Of a DNA stretch of 64,000 bases, positions 37,323 to 50,851 are shown one piece after another. Position 1 is the stretch's first letter. Each line of letters opens with the position of its first letter. The DNA is taken from the NCBI RefSeq assembly GCF_006345805.1, contig NC_043013.1, positions 11,842,001 to 11,906,000 of the forward strand, given 5' to 3'. The stretch comes from Octopus sinensis. Its lineage: Eukaryota. The position numbers and the translations under genes were made by a program. Under the pieces are notes generated by a model, which saw nothing but the letters and a program-made list of their open reading frames with translations, was not told the DNA's origin and did not search any database.

Positions 37323-38549
37323 TATATATGTAACAGTCATATAATAAGGATGATCAGTCGTTTGTACTATCTTACTCTATAAAATGTGTTGCTCTCGACT
37401 CGTCAATACAAAAATCTATAATATTGAGCTGGCCAATTTAGAGTTTGTGAGGGTTTTAAAAGAACACAAGAAAGCAAGAAAGGGGTGGATATCTCCACGG
37501 TGCAGTGGTCATTAAAATAAAGAACTACACACATTAAAATGCTTCAAACTGGATTGAAGTAGGGAAAATACGTGTGGGTTGATAGAAGCATGGAGGCGGG
37601 AAAAATATTTCAGTGCAGTCAGCCGGCAAGTTATGACAAGCAATGTAACGTTTTATCAAACAGGAGGAAAAAATTATTTCCCAAAAAGTACAATAAAAAA
37701 AAAAGATACAGTTAGGCCTAATCGATTTGTTTAACCCAATCGTATTACGTCCTCTAGTATTGATTTATTGGTTAGTAGTTTTATCCTCGAGATTTTGTTG
37801 TTTTTTTTTTTGTATGATGTATGATATAATATAGTCGACTAAGTTGACCTCGGTGTATACATTTACTGAACCAGATTGTTGTACATTGACTAATTATTTT
37901 AACCTCTATGAGATGAAAAGATAAACATGAAACTGGTTCGGATTTGATCTCAAAAGCAGAAGGAACCATGCTGGATACTGTAAAAAAAAACATAAACAAA
38001 AGCACATATAAAAAACAAATGGCTTTATTTTCCATCCGCTGCATAAAATCCAACATTACCAAACTGGCCACTAATAAACATTTTTATTCAATTATTTTTA
38101 TCGACTGTAGATTCATGGGTGGCAAAGCCTACCCAGATGGGATATGAACTCGAAAAATATATGCGGCACCAAAATGGATGCTGCAGAGGCTTTATTGCGG
38201 CTATCATCCGTCTGTGGTAATACCCTTGCTTCTCATGAACGATAGAGTATTAAATCAAAAGGTAATGCTTGTTTTCATTGAAGCAAACATGCCAAGAATG
38301 GTGGTTGTATTCGTACCCAGGTCAATGAAAAGAAAGATTTTGCACATAAGGAAGAAATCAATACGGGGAAATAAATTGCAAGAAATACGATTAACAGAAT
38401 GAAGTTTCAGTTCTTGAGCGAAGCTATTTCGATTTCGTTGAAACGTTGGACAAATGCGAGTGAACCGCTACGCTGTAACTTGAGCGCTTTCGACTAAATC
38501 ACATTTCCAAACTTACTGTCTTAAAATCTTAGGAATACATTGGGAACTA

Positions 38550-38964
38550 CGCACAGTTTTTTCTAGCGGTGTCATATGAAATCGTCACCCATAATTATGA
38601 CCCTAGTATCGATCTATTGCATTTAAATCTGTTTTAGGGTTAGAGTTAGTTAGGGTTAGGGTTAGGGGTTGGGGGAAGGGTCTATTTTTTTATTCATAAA
38701 TGTAAATAAACCCAATCTGTTTCTTAAACGAGGGACATATTCATACGGCACAGAATGTTTTTACCTCAATAGACGTCAGTGATTGGTTGAAATTGCAGAA
38801 ACTGAAGAAAAAAACAATAAATATCTTACAAACTATAGAATTTTCTCAATAGAGCCAAGAGAAAAAGATGTTTTATAAACACATTCTACTAGTATATGAA
38901 GTTTAAAATTTTTTAGTTACCTAGAAATTATGTTAAAAACTGCCGTTCAAACCGAAAAGATCCC
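38550..38964. mobile_element. Probable non-autonomous repeat containing a telomere-like (TTAGGG) tract at 38634-38675
   Basis: TTAGGGTTAGAGTTAGTTAGGGTTAGGGTTAGGGG inside a complex segment ending CCGAAAAGATCCC; single copy in window, class uncertain. Confidence 0.45.
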
Positions 38965-40002
38965 ATTTCTATGATATAGGTTTAATCGGCTAGAAATAAC
39001 AGCCAAATATTTTCTCTGTTTTAACCATCGTAATGAGGGTCATCTCGTCAAAATTATGATTTAGCAAATTATATTTGCGATCTCTTCCTGTAAGGTGTCC
39101 CAGATGAACCAACTTCACGGCAGGAGGTGCAGATGAGGGCAGCTGCATCGAACTCTCTCATGCACCAAATGGCAATTGCTAAAAAGCATTCGTGAAGTAA
39201 AATCATGTAACATCACCGAATGGTGGTGCCCCAGGATGGCCACAGCTCGTGAGCTGGAACTAGATAAACTAAAAAAAATAATAAAAATATAAATAAATGT
39301 CCTGTGCTAGTACTACGACTTGTACTGATTTTTTCATACACAAAGAAAATCTAACTGCGAAATGAGAAATTGTGTTCGTAAGAAAAATACTTACAGGTTT
39401 ATATTTTAATTTTTATAACCGACTTTCTTTATTTTAGTTCAACTTAACTCCAAGCTGGTCCTAATTAAATGTTTCGTAATTTATACTTATATTAGTCACT
39501 GGACTGCTGACATGAAGGAACACTGTTTTGGATAGATTATTCGAACAAATTGGCCCCGGCTCCCATTGTATGTTTGGCGCGTAATCTACAGCGTAACAGA
39601 GATGCCAAAATAATAAATAAATAAATAAATAAATAAACCGACACCAGGTGTCAAGTAGTGGAGAACAAACACGGAAACGAACATTCATAATCAAACACTC
39701 ACACAAACATGCACACACGTAATGCACACAAACGCTGACACATATATACATTCTGTCTTTTACCTGTAACAGTCATTAGACTGCAGCCTGGCTGGGGCAC
39801 AGCTTCGAAAGGCCCAGGAGAAAAAGCAGCGCCCTCCAATAAACATTTATTGTATTTCTGTGGGTTTTTTTTCTTTAAGTCGGTTATTTATTGATTTCAG
39901 TCGCATATGTCGAACCGCTGCACAAAGTGGACGTAAGCAAACCAATTATGGTGGTCGATGAGGACTAACACAAATGCAAAGATACGTACACACACACACA
40001 CA

Positions 40003-40051
<49 letters not shown>

Positions 40052-40898
40052 CACATATTCTATATTTGGAGTTCGTAATCAGGTGTTTCTCCATAGTTTT
40101 GGAATGCTTAAATATTTGTTCTCTGTACAGACACACAGAATGTCGGTAGAGCGTAGTTAAGTCAGATATAATTGCTCAGTACCGCATTGGTACATAGAGT
40201 ATATAGTGTACTCGCTAAAGAGTAGAGTACTCGCAATTTAATACCAACGGATGGTCACATGCGAATATATTCCGTTACAGAGTAATACCTGATTTCATGA
40301 GATGCAAACACTTGCGTGAGTTATTAGTTATTTGCTTGCATGAATGTATATTAATTATATATTTAATTATCTCTAATCAAGCTTGAATCCTACTTATCAA
40401 CGCAAGAGTTTTCCCCGAACAAGCTTTTATTGCCAATACATAGAGCAGGCAATGAAATGAATAACAAAATCCTCAAAATTGTGTATTTAGTTATCTATTC
40501 AGTCTCTTTGTTTCGTAAAACTTGTCATGCCAAGAAACCACGGATTGAATTCAGACCTAAAAACTTAGAGATTGTCACAAGGACTCAATGTTTGGATAAT
40601 TTCGAAGACATTTGCATGAAATCAATCAGAGTCCAACGACAGTATTCTGCAATTAAAAGTAATTACTTATCCTCTATTCCATTATGTTCTATTTTACTTA
40701 TTCATTTCAATCGTTATACCCTGAAGCGTATATACCCTGAAGTGTGTATACATACACACACACATACATACATACATACTTACAGATAGATAGATATATT
40801 GATAGATAGATAGACAGACAGATTAATAAATATATGTAGATATAGATATTATATAGAGGGCATTACTAGTCATATATGCTACACGAATCGGTATAATT

Positions 40899-41130
40899 AG
40901 GCGGCGAGCTGGTAGAAACGTTAGCACGCCGGGCGAAATGCTTAGCGGTATTTCGTCTGCGTTACGTTGTGAGTTCAAATTCCGCCGAGGTCGACTTTGC
41001 CTTTCATCCTTTCGAGGTCGATAAATTAAGTGCCAGTTACGCACTGGGGTCGATGTAATCGACTTAATACCTATGTCTGTCCTTGTTTGTTCCCTCTGTG
41101 TTTAGCCCCTTGTGAGCAATAAAGAAATAG
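40899..41130 (+). mobile_element. Full-length SINE family A
   Basis: AGGCGGCGAGCTGGTAGAAACGTTAG, GAGTTCAAATTCC, tail CCCCTTGTGAGCAATAAAGAAATAG. Confidence 0.9.
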
Positions 41131-41375
41131 GTATGATGTGTTTATTTATTTTGGTAATTTTGACTTTAAGAGTCCCTCCTAGCGTGTGACATTTATGTAT
41201 AGTAATGCCCTTTATATAATATAAATAAATATATTTAAGTGAAAAAATTGGTGGATTTTTTCTCGTATGAGATTTTGCACGCTAATTGATAAATTCTTAT
41301 AAAGGTTTTATCCTATTTTTAAATTATAAATATGGATAAATATATTGAGAGATATGTATGTATGTATGCATCTAA

Positions 41376-41475
<100 letters not shown>

Positions 41476-42567
41476 GTGGATCAAAAAGAGGCCGAAGAAG
41501 GGGCGAATGGCACCGCGAGTGTCGCGTTGCTCTCAAGCAACTCTGCCGTCCTGGGTCGACCTTGAGTGGCTTCAACACAACCAAAGCATTCTATAGGGGT
41601 TTAGTGGAGGGGAGGTACGACGACGAGCTCGGGGCGAACCTGGACGTCGACGAGGAGTACCTGACCCGCCTGTTCAGGACGACTTTCGGGCCAGGGCCCA
41701 TGGACAACTTCCAGAGATCCCTGGCCTGGCAGTGCTACGAGAAGCGCTACCCGTTCGGGATAAGCTCTACAGACACGGCTCGAGAAACACGGGGCCGACC
41801 TGCCCGAGATGCGGTCAGAGCGACGAAACCGTTCTGCACGCACTCGTGCAGTGTCCAACAATTTCCGACTGTGGGCTTGTGTCGAACAACTGCTGTCACG
41901 TGTGGGACGAGTCGGTTTATCAGCTGAGTCTATCGTCAATATTGTCGCGCCTCCCTCCTTCAAACGAGAAGGAAGAGCTATTTTCATCATCTTGTGGCTA
42001 TGGCGAAAGAATGTATCTGGTGGACGCGTCTGAAAGGATTGGAGACAAACACTTTCCTCTCTGGTCAATCTCTCATCAACTTCTTCAAGTACCACTTGAA
42101 AAGGAAAGTGAGAGTAAAGAGGCAAGTTTTGTCTAGCGAATGTTAAAAAAAGATGGGTGAATGTAGCAAGAATGGCACGTATGAATGACGAAGCCACTTG
42201 AGCATGATCCTATGAACCGAGAAATGAAAACAGAGAGTTGCTTATTGCAAAAAAAGAAAAAAAGAAATATAAAATGTGACTCCATTGACGAGGTTACCGT
42301 GGTCTTTTCCGTAGGCTTTTCTTTACACGGGTAACCTCACCTATCCTCCCCTTTACACTCATATTGACATTTCTATTCCCTATTGATCATTTTTTTTTTC
42401 CTCTCCCCCTTTTTTTTAACCCCTCTATTTTTTTCGTCTCTTTCTCTCCTTTTACGATCCCTTTTGATCGAAACTCCCCTTCCTTTTTTTTTTTAACCTT
42501 CAAAAGAAAAGCTCTACCTTGTAATTTGTTCTATCTGTGTGCAGCCTTATGTGGCTAATAAAGAAAA
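41476..42567 (+). mobile_element. 5'-truncated L1/Tx1-type LINE (ORF2 C-terminus and 3' UTR) inside a (TATC)n array
   Basis: GC-rich; REALPVRDKL..CPRCGQSDETVLHALVQCP (zf-RVT-type CCHC), AKECIWWTR; three frames joined by frameshifts; U-rich UTR, AATAAA at 42557; (TATC)n on both sides. Confidence 0.85.
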
Positions 42568-42571
42568 TATA

Positions 42572-42671
<100 letters not shown>

Positions 42672-42672
42672 C

Positions 42673-42706
<34 letters not shown>

Positions 42707-42785
42707 TATTTATCAATCTATCTATCTATGTATCTATTTATCTATCAATCTATCTATCTATCTATCTAAATATATATATATATAT

Positions 42786-42819
<34 letters not shown>

Positions 42820-43526
42820 ATATATATTATATATATATGTATATATATAATATATATGTTATAAATATGTATGCATAATTTTTGAACATTGAATCTCGAA
42901 GCAGATAAATCTATAGATAGTTTCGTATAAATATTAGATTAAATTCTCTGAATATTATATATATATATATATATTATAGATATATATATATATATAATAT
43001 ATATATATATATGTTTATAAATATGTATGCATAATTTTTGGAACATTGAATCTCGAAGCAGATAAATCTATAAATGGTTTCGTATAAATATTAGATTAAA
43101 TTCTCTGAATAGAAAATAATTACATACTAGTACTAATAGCATTATGTGCTTCGAAATTCACCGTTCGAAAACATAATCATTTCGCATTTTCTCGAAATTA
43201 TAAAATTCGCATAACATCACCTCGATATATACGTTGTAATACACGTATTACTAGAAACGTGTAAAAAAATATAGATACATTCCTTCATACACTAAGGAAG
43301 ATTTGACGATTATTTAAGACAAATCATCCTTAAACTTCGCGTCTTGCTCACACACAAACACACACGCGCACGAACACACACATATATACTATATCATAAG
43401 GCATATTTATATACATTGATATATACATAAATATTGCTTACGATGCACACACACTCATACAGACACACATATATGCATGTGCATATATATATTATATACA
43501 CTATATATATATATATATATATATAC

Positions 43527-43571
<45 letters not shown>

Positions 43572-43860
43572 CATACACGTACATGGGCTAGGGTACACAC
43601 ACTCGCACACACACACTCATACATATCTATATACACACATATGCATATCTATATCAATCTATCTATGTATATATATGTATATATGTATATATATTTTATA
43701 TATATAATATGTATATATATATACATACATATATATATATATATATATAATTATATATATATACACCATACATACACGTACATGGGCTAGGGTACAAGCA
43801 CTCACACACACAACTCATACATATCTATATACCACATATGCATATCTATATCTATCTATC

Positions 43861-43914
<54 letters not shown>

Positions 43915-44589
43915 GTAAGTATATATATATACATATATATAGATGCACACATGTCTGTGCTCTTTCCATCACATTAAACGATAAACAGTTGCCTCAATGA
44001 AATAAGGTGCTTTCTTTATATGAAAAGAGTGAAATATTTCTGAACAAAAGTTTAATCTCTGTCTAACGGATATCTTTTTATTTATCAGATTAGACAGAGG
44101 GGTAGATAGATACATTAAATACAATAGAAGACAATGCGAATTATAAGATCACTTGCCACGTAACCAGCACCTCTATGCCATCAACAGAAAGATCACCAAC
44201 ACAAACAGCTAGAAGAGCAAAAATGGCCTTTACTACTACTACTACTACTACTACTACTGCTACTACTAGTAGTAGTAGTAGTAATATTAGTAGTAGCAGT
44301 AGTATAAAATGTCACCAAGAGGACAATAAATATAACATATATGTATATGTATGCGTGTGTGTATGTGGTGTGTACATATATATATATATATTATATATAT
44401 ATATATATTATATATATATATATTATATATATATATATGTGTGTGTGTATGTATGTATGTATGTGTGTGGTGTATGTGTTGTGTGTGGAGACACGAAATG
44501 AACGGTTAAATGTAGGTAAAACTCTTCAAACGAAAACAAAATTCTAATGCTCAAAAATATGAATATAATTTCTTGGTGTTAATAAGAAT

Positions 44590-44592
44590 AGC

Positions 44593-44658
<66 letters not shown>

Positions 44659-44917
44659 TAATAATAATAATGATAATAATGATAATAATAATAATAATAA
44701 TGATAATACTACTACTACTAATAATAATAATAATGATAATAATAATAATGATAATAATGATAATAATAATAATAATAATATAATAATAATGATAATAATA
44801 ATAATGATAATAATAATAATAATAATAATGATAATAATAATAATGATAATAATAATAATAATGATAATAATAATGATAATAATAATAACGATAATAATAA
44901 TAATAATAATAATAACG

Positions 44918-44957
<40 letters not shown>

Positions 44958-44983
44958 TAATAATAATAATGATAATAATAATC

Positions 44984-45057
<74 letters not shown>

Positions 45058-45294
45058 CATAGTTGCCTCACGTTTAAGATCGTTTGTTCAATATTCTATT
45101 GTACTTTTTCAAGTGATTGCGAGTGTTTTTCATGCTATTATTTTGTCGTATTTTATTCTTGTTAATTTTTTTTTAAATACTGTGAAACCAATATAGTTTC
45201 AGATGTGATGTTTTGATAATAGTTCTAAAATATCTTGAAAGAAGAAAGTCAGAAAAAAATTCCAACATCTTTATTTTAGTTTTGGGGGTTAATA

Positions 45295-45334
<40 letters not shown>

Positions 45335-45386
45335 TATGATTATTATTATTATTATTTTAAATTATATTATTATATTATTATTATTA

Positions 45387-45430
<44 letters not shown>

Positions 45431-45447
45431 ATTAAATTATTATTATA

Positions 45448-45481
<34 letters not shown>

Positions 45482-45652
45482 TATTATTTATATCATTATT
45501 ATTATTATTATTATTGTATCATTATTCCAAACTCCTTTAACCATTTGTCTATATCTTTGCTTACAGTTCCCAATGAACAATTAATATAGGCACAATCTTT
45601 ACGATTTTCTCGCTCCAAATTTTTGCAGTTTCAAATTTTAAGAGAATCATAC

Positions 45653-45713
<61 letters not shown>

Positions 45714-45840
45714 TATTATTATTATTATTATTGTTATTGCTATTTTTGTTGTTAATCTTATTAGTTATTGTTATTATTATTAATATTATTATTATAATTT
45801 ATCATTATTATTATTATTATTATATATTATTTTTTTATTA
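44590..45840. repeat. Long (AAT)n 44590-45057 and opposing (ATT)n 45290-45840
   Basis: Directly visible. Confidence 0.95.
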
Positions 45841-46359
45841 TCAAAGTGACACTGGGGTAAAATATACGAAACCCAGTATACCCATCATGACTAATCGTCT
45901 GAAAATGGTACTCCAGGCTATGGATCACAACCGTGTGCTCGATATGCTGATCTCATATCAAGATAAACAGCACATGACCTTACAGGTGGGGCCAGAGTTA
46001 GAATTTGTTCAGGCTGAGTAGCCCATCCCACTCAAAAGATACCTGAATAAGGGTTGTTTAAAGATTTTGAATGAAACACCCATGTTTCCAAAGGTGAATT
46101 ATCCAAACGGCATCTTGACACATGGCTATAATGCTCCCCCATTACTTCTGCTCATGATCAGAGATGCACATATGATCAGCCACTAATAGACCTGCAAAAC
46201 TGGTTAAGGTCAAACAACTGACAAGCAAATCTGTGGTATTCAGCGGAATATTTGCTTTAGCCTATCATTTATACGAAGTCAAAACAACGTACATGATAAC
46301 ACTTCCAGTCAGTTAAGATCAGAAGCCATGAGAGCCACCGCCTGGTACTGCATCAGGGC
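45841..46359 (-). mobile_element. ~500-bp non-coding interspersed element embedded in (TAA)n; copies at 60826-61317 (+) and partial 61504-61671 (-)
   Basis: Shared termini GCCCTGATGCAG... and ...CCCCAGT(G/A)TCACTTTGA; strand assigned from the TAA tail. Confidence 0.85.
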
Positions 46360-46410
<51 letters not shown>

Positions 46411-46499
46411 TATTATTATTACTATTATTAGTATTATCATCATTATTATTATTATTATCATTATCATTATTATCATTATTATTATTATTATTATTATTA

Positions 46500-46545
<46 letters not shown>

Positions 46546-46559
46546 CATCATCATTATCA

Positions 46560-46605
<46 letters not shown>

Positions 46606-46778
46606 CATTATGATCAAGAAGGCGTGTTAGCTCAGTAGCATGCCAGGCGAAATATTTAACGGTATTCCATCCGTATTTTTGATCTGTGCACGAGAATATC
46701 GGCTCTAAAACTGATTCAAATTTTGAGACCTTGTGCATAAATTAAAACGCAGAAATAATATATTATTTAGTAGTAGTA

Positions 46779-46823
<45 letters not shown>

Positions 46824-46845
46824 CAGTAGCAGCAGTAGCAGCAGA

Positions 46846-46904
<59 letters not shown>

Positions 46905-47348
46905 GAAGAGGAGGACGACGGTGAGGAGGAGGTGGAGAAGGAGAGAATGGATCATTGAGCGGTAGCGTATATTAAAAAGGTTTTTTTTGTATACAACTAC
47001 TAACACAAATCATCAGGAAAATGTATATAATGACGATGATGACCAGGATGATGCTCTTACTTCTGCTGCTGCTGCTGCTGATGATGATGATGACGATGCT
47101 GTTGCTGCTGCTGCAAATAATAATAATGAGGAGGGGGAGGAGGAGAAGAAGAAGCATAGGGATCACAATAATATGTTACCAGGAATATTACCACTTCAGT
47201 AGCTACTATTATTACTAGACATTAACAACAACTACAAGAACAACAACATCATAATAATAATAGTAATAACAACAACCACAATAACAGCAACAATAATAAT
47301 AATAATAATAATAAATAACAACACAAACACACAACAACACAACACAAC

Positions 47349-47389
<41 letters not shown>

Positions 47390-49639
47390 TTAATAATGAT
47401 AATAACAGCAGCAACAACAACAATAATAATAATGTTCTTTTTCGTTGATATTCTTACTGGTATTGTTAGCCTTGTTGCAATTGTTGGTTTTATTCCTGTT
47501 GCTGTTGTTGATGTTGTTGTTCTGGTTAATGTTATTGTTGCTGTTGGTGATGCTGATATCTTAGTAAAATCTCTTTTGATTCTTTTAGAAACAAAAACCA
47601 AAAAAAAAATTTACAAAAACAAATTTAAATGAAGAAACGAAAAACATACCAAACAAAAAAACCCATATCATCACTGATCTTAGACTTTCAAAAAGAGATG
47701 ATTTTTTTCACAATTGTTGATTTAATACTGTTCTTTGCATTGTTGTTGTTATTGTTGTTATTAACAACTTCATCTTTTCCGTCTTTTCTTTTATTTAGCT
47801 GTTGCTGCAGTTTTTCCCTGCCATCCCTGATGACGCTGCTAGTGTCGTTGTTATTGTAGTTGAGCTTGCTGTTGCTGTAGCTGTTTTCCTTTTGTTTGCT
47901 GCATCCATTCATAATGTTATTACAGTTAGTGTTGTTGTTGTTGTTTTTGGTGTGATTGTGTGTTGAAGTTGCCGGTTTTTTTTATATTTTAATTTTATTT
48001 ATTTCTATATATTTTCATTAAAATTTTGATCTTGGGTCCTTTGTTGAAGCGAGCATTGATGAAGCATTAGAAGTAGTCAAAGCTTTTTGCTCTTGTTTTT
48101 GCTGTTACAAAATCTGGTATGATATAAATGTACATATATACACATATATAAATGCATGCATATATATATATATGTATATATATAATATATATATATAATA
48201 TATATATAATATATATATATATTATATATAATATATATATATGTGTTAATAAAATAGAATATATGCATATATATACACTATATGTACGTACCTACCTCTA
48301 CATGTACATATACACGCATATATGTGTACAGGACACCAAAAAGACGTCGAACACATAGAGAGACGAAACACATAGACACAAACCAAGGAACAGAAAGCAA
48401 AAAAAAGGGAGAGATACAGGACAATCACAAGACGAAATCCCCTCTTCAGTCGCTAAGATTCATCTACTAAACGTCGAAGGATAAAAGCGAGACGTATACT
48501 TCGAAGAAAAATTCCTTCCCGCGAAAAGCAAATCAATTAATTCTGAGATCTTTTCGCAGAGGGGTAAAAAAAGCAAGACGGTAACGGCAGTACAAACATA
48601 TAAACAGTAAAAAATTATATAAACAGTGGAAAATAAATATTAACAGTGAGAACAGGACAAGGAGAACAAGATAAGAAGGGCTGTTACAGCCAGACGAAAA
48701 AAGTATTGCAAACGCTGGATTATCGTGGAAGACAGAGAGGGAAAATTTTGTCGACCAGAAGCCTTACAAGGCGGGCGAGAAAGGACAGGATAGCGGTTAC
48801 GGCGGAGTATCGTCGCAGATGGATGACGGGAATGGGGGAGGAGGAGCAAGAGGAAGAGAGAGAAGAAGGGGAATGGTGCGAGGAGACCATGAAGAATGGT
48901 GAAGGGAGAGAGAGAATGAGAATGAGAGAGAGAGGAAGAGACAAGTTAAGTGAGGGAAAAAAGACGAAAAAGGGAATGGGAGAGAAAGAAAGAAAGATCG
49001 AGTCGCGTGAGAGTTAATATCAAGGCTAACTGATAAACAGAACCATCTTACTTAGTAGGGTGCGTGCGTTTAGTCGTATAATATGTTATAAAATAGAATA
49101 TATGCATATAGATAAACATATATGTACGTACCTACCTCTACATGTACATATACACGCATATATGGTGTACAGGACACCAAAAAGACGTCGAACACATAGA
49201 GAGACGAAACACATAGACACAAACCAAGGAACAAGACAAGCAAAAAAAAGGGAGAGATACAGGACAATAAGCAAACGAAAAATTCCCCTTCTTCAGTCGC
49301 TAAGATTTCATCTACTAAACGTTTCGAAGGATAAAAGCGAGACGTATACTTCGAAGAAAAATTCCTTCCCGCGATATATATATACAGAGAGAAAGAGAGA
49401 CAGGGAGAGAAATATACGGCTATACACACTCTAAAATGAACAGATATAGATGATATATATTTTGCAGTTGATGCAGCTTCGATTCAGAATGCTCTTGCTC
49501 GTCTTCTGGTCGTATTTCTTGATGGTTACTCATGTAGTACTTGCGTTGCTGTTGTTATCTCTGTTCGTTTTCAATGTTATATTATAGTCTACGTTGTATA
49601 ATTTTGACACTTTAATCGTAGTGTCAGTTTTGTATGTAT

Positions 49640-49706
<67 letters not shown>

Positions 49707-50314
49707 TGTCTGTGTGTGTATGCGTGTCCAAAATTACGTGTGACGACAAAGTCTAGACCTCAATATCGATCGAAAAATGGACTATATTTCCTGATTGATA
49801 CAGTTATACAGATATGGTAACTTACATGCAGCACTTTAAGTTTCTGTATGAACAATTTTATGATCGTTGCACGTAATTCATTTCTGTAATCGATGTAGCT
49901 ACATGACTGGACTGGCATAACTGAAGATATACAATAATGTATGTATGTATGTATGTCAATATTTAGTTTATTTCACTGATCTCCAGCTTTATGCTAAAAT
50001 CCGCTGGGTCGCTAATTTCTAGAACTTTGCAGTTTCTCTTCTCTATCCCAAATGATTATAGCAGGTCCGTTGTAGTTTTACATTTTATTGGGGTCTTCAC
50101 TAGTATATTCCACCAGTATTCCCTTTTATTATGAGTGGCTATAGCTTCTGCCATATTGTGGTTTCTTAGTTCTTTGTCCTCGGGATTATCCTCCCGACGG
50201 ATTTAATTATAGAATGCTCTAACTACAACGTCATGTCGCTTCGGCAAATAATACCGTGATAAGCAACTGCATATGATGTGGGTGATATCTTGAGTGTGAA
50301 CTCCACAAAGTCTG

Positions 50315-50348
<34 letters not shown>

Positions 50349-50621
50349 TGTATGTATGCATGTATGTATGTATGTATGTATGTATGTATCTATGTATGTA
50401 TGTATGTACGTATGTTTAAAGCGAGCTGGCAGAATCGTTTGCAAGTCCGATTAAAACAAGCATAACTATATTTCGTCCGTCTTTACGCCCCAAATTCCAT
50501 CGAGATCGACTCTGATGTTCATCATTTTGGATTCCAGGAAATACTTATCAGTCAAGTACTAAGTACTCAGGTCGCCTGGTGCCCACCAAACTTCAGGCAT
50601 TGTGCCCATAATGTAAAGGAT

Positions 50622-50690
<69 letters not shown>

Positions 50691-50851
50691 TATATATATT
50701 TTACAGCTAATCTTCTAGCTGATGATGTTGATGCTGATGTATATTTGCCGTTGTTGATGCGTTGGAGATGTTAATAGCGTTAATCGTTGAATGACGTTAT
50801 GAAAGTTGTAAGGTTTATATGTATTAACTGCTTAAATTTACTATAGCAAGC

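Noticed and set aside
38634-38675. True telomere or chromosome-fusion scar
   Set aside because: Only ~5 imperfect units in one orientation, embedded in a repeat-like segment
41601-42197. 198-aa minus-strand ORF
   Set aside because: Antisense shadow of the GC-rich LINE ORF2 fragment
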